A stretch of 64,000 nt of DNA. Origin: a virus. Shown one piece after another: positions 1 through 10,558 of this stretch (the first letter of the stretch is position 1; each line of letters begins with the position of its first letter). Where the stretch lies: positions 1 through 64,000 of IMG/VR virus record IMGVR_UViG_3300013102_000032. The stretch is one strand, 5' to 3'. The notes under the pieces are model-generated. The model saw only the letters and a program-made list of their open reading frames with translations. It had not been told where the DNA came from and did not search any database. Made by a program: the position numbers and the translations under genes.

Positions 1-2
1 CT

Positions 3-1562
3 AGAGCAAGTGAGACTACAAGGGCTTCTTCTGAGAGCACTCGTGTTACTAATGAGAACACTAGAAAGACAGATGAAACAGCTAGAGGTACTGCTGAGAA
101 CACTAGAAAAACAAACGAAACCGCTAGAGGAACTGCAGAAACAGCAAGAGCTACGGCTGAAAGTACTAGAGCTACGAGTGAATCTACAAGAATTACAGAT
201 GAAAACACTAGAAAATCCAATGAAGCTACTAGGGTTCAAAGTGAAACAGATAGACAAAGTACTTTTAGTACTACTATTCAGAATGCTCAGAATGCAACCA
301 ATGGTGCAAACTCTTCTGCACAGCTAGCACAAGCTGTTGCAGATAACACTATACATAAGGGAGAATACAATTCCGCTACGACATATCTAGTTAATAACGT
401 AGTGTCATATAATTACTCATCATACATGTGTATCTCCCAAAGTAAAGGAAATCTTCCAACTAATTCAATTTATTTTAGACCTTTAGCAATGAAGGGTGCT
501 GACGGAACTGGTAGCGTAGATTCTGTAAACGGTAAGGGCGGAGTAGTGATACTAAATGCTGATGACGTAGGTGCTTATAGTAAGTCCGAAACCGACAACA
601 AGATAGCAGGTATTGTAAATTCAGCTCCTTCTACTCTTGACACTCTTAAGGAGTTGGCTAATGCATTAGGAGATGATCCTAATTTTGCTACAACTATTGC
701 TACGCAAATTGGAACTAAAGTTGATAAGGTTACAGGAAAGCAATTATCTACAGAAGACTATACGACAGCAGAGAAAACGAAGCTTAGTGGCGTTGCCACA
801 GGAGCTAACAATTATGTTCATCCTGCAAATCATCCTCCTTCTATAATTGTACAAGACGCTAGCAATCGTTTTGTTACCGATGCCGAAAAAACAACTTGGA
901 ACGCTAAAGCTAGTACTGCAGTAGCTACTACTACTGTCAACGGATTGCAGTCTAGTGCTGATAAAACTAAACTAGATGGAATTTCTACAGGGGCTAATAA
1001 CTATACCCATCCTGCCACACATCCTCCTTCTATCATAGTACAAGATGCTAGTAATAGATTTGTAACTGATGCTGAGAAGACTACGTGGAACGCTAAGGCT
1101 TCTACTGCTATTGCAACAACAAGCACTAATGGACTAATGAGTTCTGCTGATAAAACAAAATCAGACGGAATTTCAACAGGTGCTAACAAAGTATTAAACC
1201 ATGCGAACAACGGTTCTATTTCTGTAGACGGTGTTGAACAGGTTGTGTATGTTCATCCTGCTAATCATCCTGCTTCTATGATTACACAGGATGCCAACAA
1301 CCGTTTCGTTACGGATGTACAAAAAAATAAACTAGACGAACTAACTTCTACTATTAGTATAGAGGAATTTACTGCATCTGCAAATCAAACAATCTTCGAT
1401 CTTAGCAAAGCGTATATCAAAGACAAAAATAGATTGAGAGTGATTGTTGGCGGAGTAGAGCAATTTCCTGTATTGAATTTTGCAGAGACATCTACTACTT
1501 CATTTACATTGAGCGAAGGTGTTCCGCAGGGTATGAAAATTGTGAGCATCTGTTTAATTTAA
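3..1562 (+). CDS. Tail fibre/baseplate protein, 5'-truncated by the window; R-x3-E-x2 heptad repeats followed by three HPANHP..QDASNRFVTD repeats
   Basis: Frame 3 is open from base 3 (RASETTRASSESTRVTNENTRKTDETAR...) and continuous with ORF 402..1562; contains the tail-fibre motif APSTLDTLKELANALGDDPNFATT. Confidence 0.8.
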   Translation, partial: RASETTRASSESTRVTNENTRKTDETARGTAENTRKTNETARGTAETARATAESTRATSESTRITDENTRKSNEATRVQSETDRQSTFSTTIQNAQNATNGANSSAQLAQAVADNTIHKGEYNSATTYLVNNVVSYNYSSYMCISQSKGNLPTNSIYFRPLAMKGADGTGSVDSVNGKGGVVILNADDVGAYSKSETDNKIAGIVNSAPSTLDTLKELANALGDDPNFATTIATQIGTKVDKVTGKQLSTEDYTTAEKTKLSGVATGANNYVHPANHPPSIIVQDASNRFVTDAEKTTWNAKASTAVATTTVNGLQSSADKTKLDGISTGANNYTHPATHPPSIIVQDASNRFVTDAEKTTWNAKASTAIATTSTNGLMSSADKTKSDGISTGANKVLNHANNGSISVDGVEQVVYVHPANHPASMITQDANNRFVTDVQKNKLDELTSTISIEEFTASANQTIFDLSKAYIKDKNRLRVIVGGVEQFPVLNFAETSTTSFTLSEGVPQGMKIVSICLI

Positions 1563-1569
1563 AATATAA

Positions 1570-4500
1570 TTGAGGGAGCGATTGAAATTGACTCTAAGAA
1601 AAATAGATAGAAATATGATTGATGATACATTAATCACTGATATAGCAAATATACAAGATAAATTAACTGAAACTAATAGACAGACTACAACCGTGAGTAC
1701 AGGTGTTTCGGTAATAAACGCTACACAAAATGCATTGGCATCTGCTGAAATTGAAGGGCGTACACTGACTTCGCTTGCAAATAGTAATTTAGAAAGTGGC
1801 AAGAAATATGTTTTAGCTGATCCAAAAACTAGAGTTACAGTAGACAACGTATTATACAGTGGAGTAGCTAAGTTTACGAAGGGACAGGCTACTGTTAGTA
1901 CGGCTAATTATGTTGGTAAGGTTAGTGGTTCTACGGTTGTTAATGCAAACGTAGCGAAATATCAACATAATACCACTAGCTTAATGACACCATCGTCAAC
2001 TGTACAAGTATATGAGTTATCGTCTTACAACAACCTTGCAAGTCTAAATAGTGCTAACTATACTTACTCGACAACAACGAATGGAGCAATATCCCAATCC
2101 CTATTCTCCTTTGACATCATCCAACAAATCGAACGCAATCTAGGTGTGATTCCACGCACGACACTTGCGGATAAGATTCAGTGGGTGAAGGATAATGTAG
2201 AGAGTTTAACAGCCAACTGGCATGGTTTCGGTTCGAGTGTAGGAGGGAATAAAGCAACTCTTTCTGTATGGGTGTCCAATAGTAACGCATGGATGTATTC
2301 GACAAGCACAGCATCTTCAACAGTTTCTAAATTAACGATAAATGCCGTAGCACCTATTAATAATTACATTGACTCCAACGGATTTATGCATTACCTTGCT
2401 TATGCAGACGCAAGTGACGGAGTAATTGCAAGTACGATAAATACAGATTACATCGACTTGGTTATCACACTCAAAGCTACGGCACAACTTAACACTAGAG
2501 CGAGAATCATACGTGTGGAGAGCTTTGAGGGAAAAGTTAGTGGTTCGGTGGTGGAGAATCCGCATAAGACGTTCAGAGCAACTTCGTCAACACTTACTAT
2601 TCCATCGGAATTCTCATTAGAACATTCTCAAGCTTGGTATGACTTAATTAATAAAATAGACGACACATCTTATAGTTATAGCGGTACTATAAACGGTCAC
2701 ATGTCGCAAACTCCCTTCTCCTTCAACCTAATCGAAGCAGTAGAGCGAAATATCGGACGTATCCCACGCTCAACCGTTGCAGATAAGGTGGCGTGGTTGA
2801 ACGCTAATTTGAGTAAATTGACGGCTAACTGGCATGGGTTTGGTAGTAGCGTAGGTGGGAGTAAAGCTAATTTCGCTATGTGGCGTAACAATTGGACTTC
2901 TAATGTAGTTTCACATACAAATGGTACGGTTTCTAAGTTGACATGTACCGCTTCCGATATACTTAACTACCTTGATGTCAACGGTTTCGTTCACTTCCTA
3001 GCATACGCAGATCCATCGGACGGTGTAACCGCAAGTGCAATAAACACGGATTACATTGATTTAGAAATCGAAGTATCACCAACGGCAGACTTTACAAATC
3101 CGAGAGTAGCGTTATACGAAGTTGCAGACGAAGACTACAACAAGATTCTCGTTGATTGGAATGCAGGCGAAGTGGCGAACCGCTTCCCTATCGTGGAAGG
3201 TGTTCAACATTTACAAGGAGTAGGTGTGCTTGCGGAAGGTGAGAACTTGCTACCTCCGTTTAGTGAGTGGGCGTTACATGCTAATGCGAAAGTGATTGCT
3301 CCGTATGAGTTGGAGTTGAATGCGACTGCTACAGGACAGGTAACATCTTACATCATGAAAGTTATTAAAGGTCAAACTTACAACATAAACTTGCTAGGCG
3401 TAGGTAAAGTGGCGGTTTACAAATCTATAGGTGGAGTAACAAGTGGAAGTATTATTACGTATTCAAATCTACCATATACAGGAACGTTTACACCTACTGA
3501 CGTTGATGAGGTTAAAATATTTTTATCAAATGACACAACTGCAACTGGCACATTCAAATTCACTAACCCAATGCTAACACTAGGAAGTGTAGTTAAGCCA
3601 TTCGTACCACGCAATCCATCCTACCTATTCGCAGATGTAAAACTAGGCGGAATCGGAATGGGGCGCGACAGGTTATCACAAGGCGATAATAATACGTGGT
3701 TGTTGCGTGAAAGTGTGAAGAAGGATCTAATTTTGGATGGTAGTTTGGCGTGGGGAGCAGGGAACGATTACGCAGGATATAAAAGGACTTCTTACGCTAC
3801 CTTAGTTCCTGCAATTCCAGATTCCAATGTAACTATTGACCATAGGGGAATTGTGCTTGTATCCAAAGATACTACGGCTAGTCCTAATAGGTCTACTGTT
3901 AGTTCTGCAGGAGTTGTATATGTCTCTGTTTCGGACACAGATACAGGATTCGCTGAATCTTTTATACCTGTATCTGCTGATTGGAAACGCTATTTCAATG
4001 GTTGGAAATACGTAGACGGCACAACATGGACATCTGTCACAGGAAACGGTCAAACGGCAACAGTACAGGTGGCATTAGATACGAAGCCAACGGACTACAC
4101 TCCGTATAAGGTGAGCCACGTTTTGACTGCTCCACAAACGATTGACGTTACTAATCTTGTGGAAGGTAACTTGAAGGTGAGCGGATTGACGCAAGTTGAG
4201 GCGTTGAGTGGGGTTGTGCGTAGAGAGAAGGTAACGCCTGTTTTATTGGCAGGGAAATATTATATCAATCGTATATCCCAAAGTTCATCGTTATTCAAAA
4301 ATAAAAATAATGCTATTTTGACAGTATATAAAAATGGCAATAAAGACAATCGTTGGACATTCATAACTAGTAGCCTTTATAACCGAATGGGTGCATCTAT
4401 AAATGAAGCGAACTTCGATACAAACGCTGAGTATACAGTCACTTACATCATGTTGGATAAGCTGTTATTAACCACTAACCCAACAAACGTGAAGTTGACA

Positions 4501-4959
4501 TATGCTTCAAATATTTCTTCTGTTGTTTCTGATCTAGTTACAAAAGTAGAAGACAGTATGAGCTTAAAGGATTATGTAGATAGAGCTATATTAGGACTTG
4601 CAACACATCTGGCAGATAATACATCTCATGTATATTACTCAGATGACACTGGAACGAATAACGCAAAGAAAGTATCTATCATTCCTAAGCCTACTACATA
4701 TAAACTAGGTCTTGGAATATCATTTAAGAACAAAATAGAAAATACAAATTCAGTAACTATTAATGTTGATAGTTTAGGAGATAAACCTATCGTTAAATCG
4801 GACGGTACTGCCTTAGTGTCTGGAGATTTAAAAGCAGATAGTATTTATACAGTTCGCTATAATGGCGTGTCTTTTATCTTACAGGGTGAAAGGGGCGGTT
4901 TAGGAAGTAGTGAAACAGGATCTTTTATTATAGATGTTAATAGCATTTTGGGAAGTTAA
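1570..4959 (+). CDS. Large tail/receptor-binding structural protein with an internal domain duplication (probable start TTG ~1588)
   Basis: 1129 aa, Ser/Thr/Asn rich, two LTANWHGFGSSVGG repeats, C-terminal YTVRYNGVSFILQGE tail-fibre motif; tail operon context. Confidence 0.75.
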   Translation: MRERLKLTLRKIDRNMIDDTLITDIANIQDKLTETNRQTTTVSTGVSVINATQNALASAEIEGRTLTSLANSNLESGKKYVLADPKTRVTVDNVLYSGVAKFTKGQATVSTANYVGKVSGSTVVNANVAKYQHNTTSLMTPSSTVQVYELSSYNNLASLNSANYTYSTTTNGAISQSLFSFDIIQQIERNLGVIPRTTLADKIQWVKDNVESLTANWHGFGSSVGGNKATLSVWVSNSNAWMYSTSTASSTVSKLTINAVAPINNYIDSNGFMHYLAYADASDGVIASTINTDYIDLVITLKATAQLNTRARIIRVESFEGKVSGSVVENPHKTFRATSSTLTIPSEFSLEHSQAWYDLINKIDDTSYSYSGTINGHMSQTPFSFNLIEAVERNIGRIPRSTVADKVAWLNANLSKLTANWHGFGSSVGGSKANFAMWRNNWTSNVVSHTNGTVSKLTCTASDILNYLDVNGFVHFLAYADPSDGVTASAINTDYIDLEIEVSPTADFTNPRVALYEVADEDYNKILVDWNAGEVANRFPIVEGVQHLQGVGVLAEGENLLPPFSEWALHANAKVIAPYELELNATATGQVTSYIMKVIKGQTYNINLLGVGKVAVYKSIGGVTSGSIITYSNLPYTGTFTPTDVDEVKIFLSNDTTATGTFKFTNPMLTLGSVVKPFVPRNPSYLFADVKLGGIGMGRDRLSQGDNNTWLLRESVKKDLILDGSLAWGAGNDYAGYKRTSYATLVPAIPDSNVTIDHRGIVLVSKDTTASPNRSTVSSAGVVYVSVSDTDTGFAESFIPVSADWKRYFNGWKYVDGTTWTSVTGNGQTATVQVALDTKPTDYTPYKVSHVLTAPQTIDVTNLVEGNLKVSGLTQVEALSGVVRREKVTPVLLAGKYYINRISQSSSLFKNKNNAILTVYKNGNKDNRWTFITSSLYNRMGASINEANFDTNAEYTVTYIMLDKLLLTTNPTNVKLTYASNISSVVSDLVTKVEDSMSLKDYVDRAILGLATHLADNTSHVYYSDDTGTNNAKKVSIIPKPTTYKLGLGISFKNKIENTNSVTINVDSLGDKPIVKSDGTALVSGDLKADSIYTVRYNGVSFILQGERGGLGSSETGSFIIDVNSILGS

Positions 4960-5044
4960 GGGGAGATATATTTTGATAGAAATTGAATGCATAAAATTAA
5001 AAAATATAAAAATAGAATACGGCTTTTGGAGAGGGGGAAATTAA

Positions 5045-8000
5045 ATGCCAGTATTTACGAGAACGGATGTTACTGTTGTAAATAGTACGTATGATACAAG
5101 TGGTAATGGTGGGAGAAAGTTAGTTCGGTTGGATAATGGATGGTTGGTTTCAGTTGCTAGAAATAACACGGCAGATACAACTGGAAGCTTTTACTTCTAT
5201 GTGTCTAAAGACAATGGACTCAGTTTCACTCAGTTATGCTATTTACAGAACACTAGCTACCCTATAGGAAGTAATATTTCCATTGTTGCAGTTGGTACAA
5301 CAGTTCATTGGATTGTTACAAACAACAACTCTGGAATTAATCACTCAAAATTTGATGCAACTACTGTTACAAATACTAACCAACTTACAGGATGGGTATT
5401 AGTAGATTCAAATCAAACCGCATTAGGAAACGTTTCACTAGCAATAAACGAAGCGAAAACAGAATTACACGCAACATGGGCTAGCAAAAACTCATCATAT
5501 CCAAACAGTTTTAACATTCGTTATTCTAAAGGCGTAATTCAAACGGATGGCAGTGTAATATGGAGTGCGGTTGAGCAAATAATTGCTTCAAACAACTCTG
5601 TAGTGAATAATAGCAACCCTACTATAGTTGTAAGAGGTGACGGAAGTCCTTATATTATTTATACGCTAAACACTCCTACAGTTAGTGCTTTGTACGGATG
5701 GTGCAAGGTAGGTTCAAGTTGGACTAACTTATGGTATTTAGACTTTGGAACTAACATTCAAGCAAATCCATCTGCAATATTTGTACCTAAGAGTATAAAC
5801 GGCTTATCTAATGGTCGTATATGGGTTACGTGGTTTGGTAAGGATGTGACAAACACTACTAAAGATGTTATTAAAGTGTCGTATTCTGACGATGGCGGAT
5901 CGACATGGGCAACGCAAAAAATTGTTTCTTCAACCAGTGGAAACTGCAGATTCCCATCTATAACAGTAAGTAAAGCAGATAAGGTATATATTGTCTATGA
6001 ATTGCATTATAGCGGTACAGATATAGATATAGCTTTTTCGTTGTTAGCACCAAACGCTACTGATTTTACACCACTTTCCATGAATAATGGCGTTGGACTT
6101 CAAATGTCGCCCTCTACTCTAAGCGACACATCGTTCTCCTTTGATATACCTTTAACCATATATAAGGATGTTGCCAAAGTAGGATTCTACGGAACATGGT
6201 ATGAAAATCCTAACAAACCAGAAAAACCACAAAGTATATCAACGCCTACTTCTTTTAATGTAGGACAGAACGCTACCGTATCTTGGTCGGCAGTTCCTAA
6301 TACTGATGGCAACGATGAGGCTATTAGTTATCAAGTAGATATTCTAGAACCAAAGACAACTAATTGGATTAATGTTTCTTCTGGCTCAGAGACTGCAAGT
6401 GCAACGTTTACCGTTCCACAATTAGCTACTGGACATACTAAGATTAGAGTTAGAGCTTATGACAGATATGATTATGGAGAATATATTGTATCAGAGTATG
6501 GACTATTAATAGGTGCGGTGGGATGGAATGTATCGGATGCTACAGTCATCAATCAAGCGTATGATACGAGTGGCAACGGTGGGAGAAAGTTAGTTCGGTT
6601 GAAAAGTGGAAACTTATATTCAGTAGTTAAAACAACAACGGCTTTTGCTATTTACAAATCAACTGACAATGGAAGCACATTTACTCAATTTAAAGGCTTA
6701 AATTCTTGGACTTCGGTTCAAGATGTCACTGTTGCGACTGATGGAAATGTTCTTTATCTTGTTTTTACTTATAATAATAATTCATGTTCATCTTATGCTT
6801 ATAAAGAAGATGGAACTATAATAAGTGGAACGAATGTTACTATTGATTCATCACAATCCGCAATGGGTAACGTATCACTCGCAATCAACGAAGCGAAAAC
6901 AGAACTACACGCAACATGGGCGAGTAAAAACTCATCATATCCTAACGCATGGAATATTAGATATGCAAAAGGAACAATTAATACAGATGGCGGTGTAACG
7001 TGGGGTACGGTTGTACAAAAAACAACATACACTGTGGCAGGTCAAGATGCTGTAAATCCATGCATAGTTGTCAGAGGTAATAATCCAACAATATTTTACA
7101 TGTATGCACAAGTGTCAAACTACACTCTTTGTTGTGAAAATTGGGATGGTGCGAGTTGGGGAGGCATTAAATCAATCTATCTAGGATATACTTACGCCCA
7201 ACTCTTCCCGTCCGCAATATTCGTGCCGAAAAGCATAAACGGTCTAGTTAATGGACGCATATGGGTTGCGTGGTGCGGATATGATGCAACAGACACATCA
7301 TATTTGAACACTAGAGTTTCTTACTCAGATGATGGTGGGATTACGTGGTCTGCTATGCAAAAACTAACTTTTGGTAATTCAGCCAACGCTCAATCTTTCG
7401 GCTCTCCTTCGATTACGGCAAACGCAAGGAACGAATTGTTTATAGTAGTTTCGGGTGGTAACACCTCCAATGGAGTAAATAAGTTAGTAAATAAAACTGG
7501 CACATGGGGAACGTATAGCAGTATTAAAAACGTATCAAATGCTTATCCTTCGGCATTATACGACCCATCGTTAGATTTTACTGAACCTTTATTTATCTAT
7601 AAAGATACGGCAAAAGTAGGATTCTACGGAACATGGTCAGTAACAGAAATATCTACACCTGTTGGCAGTATTGGAGAAAAAGTAAGCAAAGATAATTTTT
7701 TCCCATATACAGTTGCAACAGGTGGTACGATGAGCACTATAACTGAAAAAATAAATGGTGTCACAATCGGTAGTAAGACGGCAACTAGTGGTCAGAGTTT
7801 AGCCATTGGATTGACTAAAGAGCAGTGGGACGAGGTTAGGTTTGGGAAGTACTGCGAAGACAATCTCTCAATCCCTAGTAATGTTATAGATTGGGAACAG
7901 GGAGTTTATGACAGGGCGATAGGCTTTGGTGCAAACAAAAGCCTATCTACGGCATCGCTTAGACTGAAGTCTCCTGTGATAGTAAAAGGTGGTAGAACTT

Positions 8001-8713
8001 ATCAAATAAAAGTCCCTAGCGGTTACGCAGTAGAAATACTTGATACTAATTCATCAAACATTGTCCAATCTACGTCTGGTTGGCGATATTCTAATTTTGA
8101 ACTTACTACATCTACTAACGCAACGCAACTATACGTCCTGTTTGGATTCGTGGGCTTTGCTACGATAACTCCGAACGCAGTATTACCAATTGATACACAA
8201 AGCTATAATATGACAAACACTCTAACTATCGAAATGGGTGTCAACAAATGGGAATACACATTCGATAAACGTCTTGCGACAGATAGTGATATATCAAGCA
8301 TTGCAAACGCAGTAAGAGATACGAACGAAGTATTTTTACCTGCTGTTAAGAGCGAACTTATTACGGCTATTCGTAGCAAAGGTGGAGTAGTGAGCGATGT
8401 AGCTAAGTGGGAAGAGATAGAGAATGCTATTAAGGATATGAGTGTTAAGAAATTTAAGTCTGGTACATTCACTATTAGCGGAGCTTCGGTTGCAGTTACA
8501 GGATTAGGATTTAGACCTAAGTCATTATTTATTAAGTTAAGTGTATCTACTTTCTATTTTGGCGATGAGTCAGTAAGTTCAGGATTATATGGGGTACTAA
8601 GTGGTTCTGTTGCGGGGACAGTAGGCATAACTAGAAGTAGTGATGGTTTTACTATACCTTTAAATGCGACACAGTTTCCGAATGGCACATGGACATATGA
8701 AGCAACAGAATAG
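5045..8713 (+). CDS. Tail spike/receptor-binding protein with two sialidase-like (BNR/Asp-box) beta-propeller repeats and an FN3-like linker
   Basis: Asp-box motifs SKDNG, SDDGGSTW, STDNG, SDDGGITW; duplicated YDTSGNGGRKLVRL...KVGFYGTW unit. Confidence 0.75.
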   Translation: MPVFTRTDVTVVNSTYDTSGNGGRKLVRLDNGWLVSVARNNTADTTGSFYFYVSKDNGLSFTQLCYLQNTSYPIGSNISIVAVGTTVHWIVTNNNSGINHSKFDATTVTNTNQLTGWVLVDSNQTALGNVSLAINEAKTELHATWASKNSSYPNSFNIRYSKGVIQTDGSVIWSAVEQIIASNNSVVNNSNPTIVVRGDGSPYIIYTLNTPTVSALYGWCKVGSSWTNLWYLDFGTNIQANPSAIFVPKSINGLSNGRIWVTWFGKDVTNTTKDVIKVSYSDDGGSTWATQKIVSSTSGNCRFPSITVSKADKVYIVYELHYSGTDIDIAFSLLAPNATDFTPLSMNNGVGLQMSPSTLSDTSFSFDIPLTIYKDVAKVGFYGTWYENPNKPEKPQSISTPTSFNVGQNATVSWSAVPNTDGNDEAISYQVDILEPKTTNWINVSSGSETASATFTVPQLATGHTKIRVRAYDRYDYGEYIVSEYGLLIGAVGWNVSDATVINQAYDTSGNGGRKLVRLKSGNLYSVVKTTTAFAIYKSTDNGSTFTQFKGLNSWTSVQDVTVATDGNVLYLVFTYNNNSCSSYAYKEDGTIISGTNVTIDSSQSAMGNVSLAINEAKTELHATWASKNSSYPNAWNIRYAKGTINTDGGVTWGTVVQKTTYTVAGQDAVNPCIVVRGNNPTIFYMYAQVSNYTLCCENWDGASWGGIKSIYLGYTYAQLFPSAIFVPKSINGLVNGRIWVAWCGYDATDTSYLNTRVSYSDDGGITWSAMQKLTFGNSANAQSFGSPSITANARNELFIVVSGGNTSNGVNKLVNKTGTWGTYSSIKNVSNAYPSALYDPSLDFTEPLFIYKDTAKVGFYGTWSVTEISTPVGSIGEKVSKDNFFPYTVATGGTMSTITEKINGVTIGSKTATSGQSLAIGLTKEQWDEVRFGKYCEDNLSIPSNVIDWEQGVYDRAIGFGANKSLSTASLRLKSPVIVKGGRTYQIKVPSGYAVEILDTNSSNIVQSTSGWRYSNFELTTSTNATQLYVLFGFVGFATITPNAVLPIDTQSYNMTNTLTIEMGVNKWEYTFDKRLATDSDISSIANAVRDTNEVFLPAVKSELITAIRSKGGVVSDVAKWEEIENAIKDMSVKKFKSGTFTISGASVAVTGLGFRPKSLFIKLSVSTFYFGDESVSSGLYGVLSGSVAGTVGITRSSDGFTIPLNATQFPNGTWTYEATE

Positions 8714-8724
8714 GAGGGAATAAT

Positions 8725-9135
8725 ATGAAGCGTATATTTTTTGACAATGCAACAGGAGAGATTATTTTAGAGATTCAACCGCAAAACGACATCTTACCGT
8801 CAGTAGAACGGAATATTGAGCAGTTTATCATATTGTCCGAACGTAACAGAGAAACATTTGAAGTAATAGAATTACCATACGGAGCATATACTCAAGATTT
8901 TGCAATTGCGATAAGGTATAAAGTAAATATAGAAACAAAAGAACTTGTATTTCAATACATAGACGAAAATGAACCAGAGGTTGAACAACCGTTTCAACCT
9001 CCTTTAAGTGAAAAGATCGAAGAGTTAGAAGCGACATTTATGTATGATTCTATGATGAAAGAAATGGCAATCGAAGAATCTAACACACAACACGCAGAGC
9101 TAATGTATCAACTAATGATGAATGGAGTGTTATAA
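8725..9135 (+). CDS. Tail fibre assembly chaperone (XkdW-like)
   Basis: Follows the fibre gene and precedes the XkdX-like ORF; C-terminal coiled coil; RBS GGAGGG. Confidence 0.6.
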   Translation: MKRIFFDNATGEIILEIQPQNDILPSVERNIEQFIILSERNRETFEVIELPYGAYTQDFAIAIRYKVNIETKELVFQYIDENEPEVEQPFQPPLSEKIEELEATFMYDSMMKEMAIEESNTQHAELMYQLMMNGVL

Positions 9136-9279
9136 ATGGATTGGTTTACAAGTATTAAAAAGTTCTATCCTAAGTATTGGGATAAGAAAATGGTTGGAGA
9201 TGCTGTTGTTGCAAAGAAAATAACAGAAGAACAATATTTTGAGATAGTTGGAGAAGAATACGTTTCTCCTACTGTATAA
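9136..9279 (+). CDS. XkdX-family small protein (47 aa, not in ORF track)
   Basis: Translated by hand: MDWFTSIKKFYPKYWDKKMVGDAVVAKKITEEQYFEIVGEEY, with the typical IT.EQY.EI.GE.Y motif. Confidence 0.8.
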   Translation: MDWFTSIKKFYPKYWDKKMVGDAVVAKKITEEQYFEIVGEEYVSPTV

Positions 9280-9293
9280 AATATAGATTTTAT
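9276..9293. repeat. Junction motif ATAAAA-TATAGA-TTTTAT
   Basis: Contains the stop codon of the XkdX-like gene. Confidence 0.75.
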
Positions 9294-9421
9294 CAAGAAA
9301 TAAATGTCAGATAAATACAAAAACATAGTTAAAATGCAACAAATAATTAACACATCACTCTCCTACTTTGATACTTTAGACACATATTATAGAGTGATAA
9401 AAATACTAGGAGGAAATAATA

Positions 9422-10102
9422 ATGACAAATTTTATTTATATTACGCTAGACACTACAGCTCCGTCTAATCCAAGTATCAAAGTAGAAGGAGATGCTATAT
9501 TCACCACAAGTCAATTAGTAACACTGACAATAGGAACTGGCGATTCGGTTACTACTAATTACCAAATGAAAATTTGGGGAGATGTTGACACCGCTTACAA
9601 TGCTAATATAAAAGGGACAGAAGTACTATCTAACTGGATTCCATATAACGCTAGTCAACAAATTAAATTATCTACTATAGATGGAACAAAAAATGTAAAT
9701 CTAAAAATTAGAGACGATGTACATAACGAATCTTCTATATCTACTGATAGTATTAAATTAGATACTAAAATACCAACAGTAACAGCTACTAGTGCAGATG
9801 TTTCAAAGATTTCAAAAATCGTAGGGAAAGATACATTCTCATTCACATTTAGCTCAGATAAAGATATCTCAGAATACAAAGTTAAACTTGTTGGATTAAC
9901 TAATGCTACTCATGATACTGGAAATTTAATTCCAACTACTAATGGCTCTGTTAATACAAGTGGGGTTGTTACTATATTGGAAGGTCAAGTTACTACTGTA
10001 ACTATTAAGGCTAAAGATCTGGAATTAGCAGGAGCTTCAACAGATGGTCAAAAAGTTGTAAAAATATTTGTAAGAGATGCATTAAACAATTGGAGTGCAT
10101 AA
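9422..10102 (+). CDS. Ig-like virion structural protein
   Basis: LDTTAP and VRDALNNW Ig-like motifs; RBS GGAGG. Confidence 0.6.
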   Translation: MTNFIYITLDTTAPSNPSIKVEGDAIFTTSQLVTLTIGTGDSVTTNYQMKIWGDVDTAYNANIKGTEVLSNWIPYNASQQIKLSTIDGTKNVNLKIRDDVHNESSISTDSIKLDTKIPTVTATSADVSKISKIVGKDTFSFTFSSDKDISEYKVKLVGLTNATHDTGNLIPTTNGSVNTSGVVTILEGQVTTVTIKAKDLELAGASTDGQKVVKIFVRDALNNWSA

Positions 10103-10119
10103 TCTAAGGAGAGGGTGGC

Positions 10120-10557
10120 ATGTCAAGTTTTGTTTTAATTGAATTAGATACAAGAGCTCCAGAGGTAGAAATATATGCACCTTCATACTCAGCTACAAAT
10201 ATAACTAATAATATTATTGTGAAGTCAGATGAGAATTTGTCTGACTTCCAAGAAATATATTTGATAGATAGTGAAGGTTTAAGATATGATTACACATTTA
10301 AAAAAGATAAAAACGACACCCTAATAGGAAGTGTTAATTTTCCAAATGATGGCATAGTGACTATATATGCTAGAGTAGAAGATGAAGTTGGTAATATTTC
10401 TGAACTATATAGCAAATCAATTAATATCAAAGAGTCTTTATCTTTATTAAGATTGGAAATTAAGGACAAAGGTATGAATATTAATACTGATAACAAGGTA
10501 GCAAATACATATATAAAAGAACATGTTAGAGATATAAAAATAAAAGAGGTGCTTTGA
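10120..10557 (+). CDS. Ig-like virion structural protein
   Basis: LDTRAP...VEDEVGN motif; operon context. Confidence 0.55.
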   Translation: MSSFVLIELDTRAPEVEIYAPSYSATNITNNIIVKSDENLSDFQEIYLIDSEGLRYDYTFKKDKNDTLIGSVNFPNDGIVTIYARVEDEVGNISELYSKSINIKESLSLLRLEIKDKGMNINTDNKVANTYIKEHVRDIKIKEVL

Positions 10558-10558
10558 T

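Noticed and set aside
10-327. 105-aa Leu/Gln-rich ORF
   Set aside because: Out-of-frame shadow of the heptad-repeat tail protein, which reads in frame 3 continuously into 402..1562
770-1340. ~190-bp tandem repeats as a possible CRISPR or DGR template
   Set aside because: They are in-frame protein repeats (HPANHP..RFVTD) with synonymous divergence; no spacers, no adenine-specific pattern noticed, and no reverse transcriptase in the window
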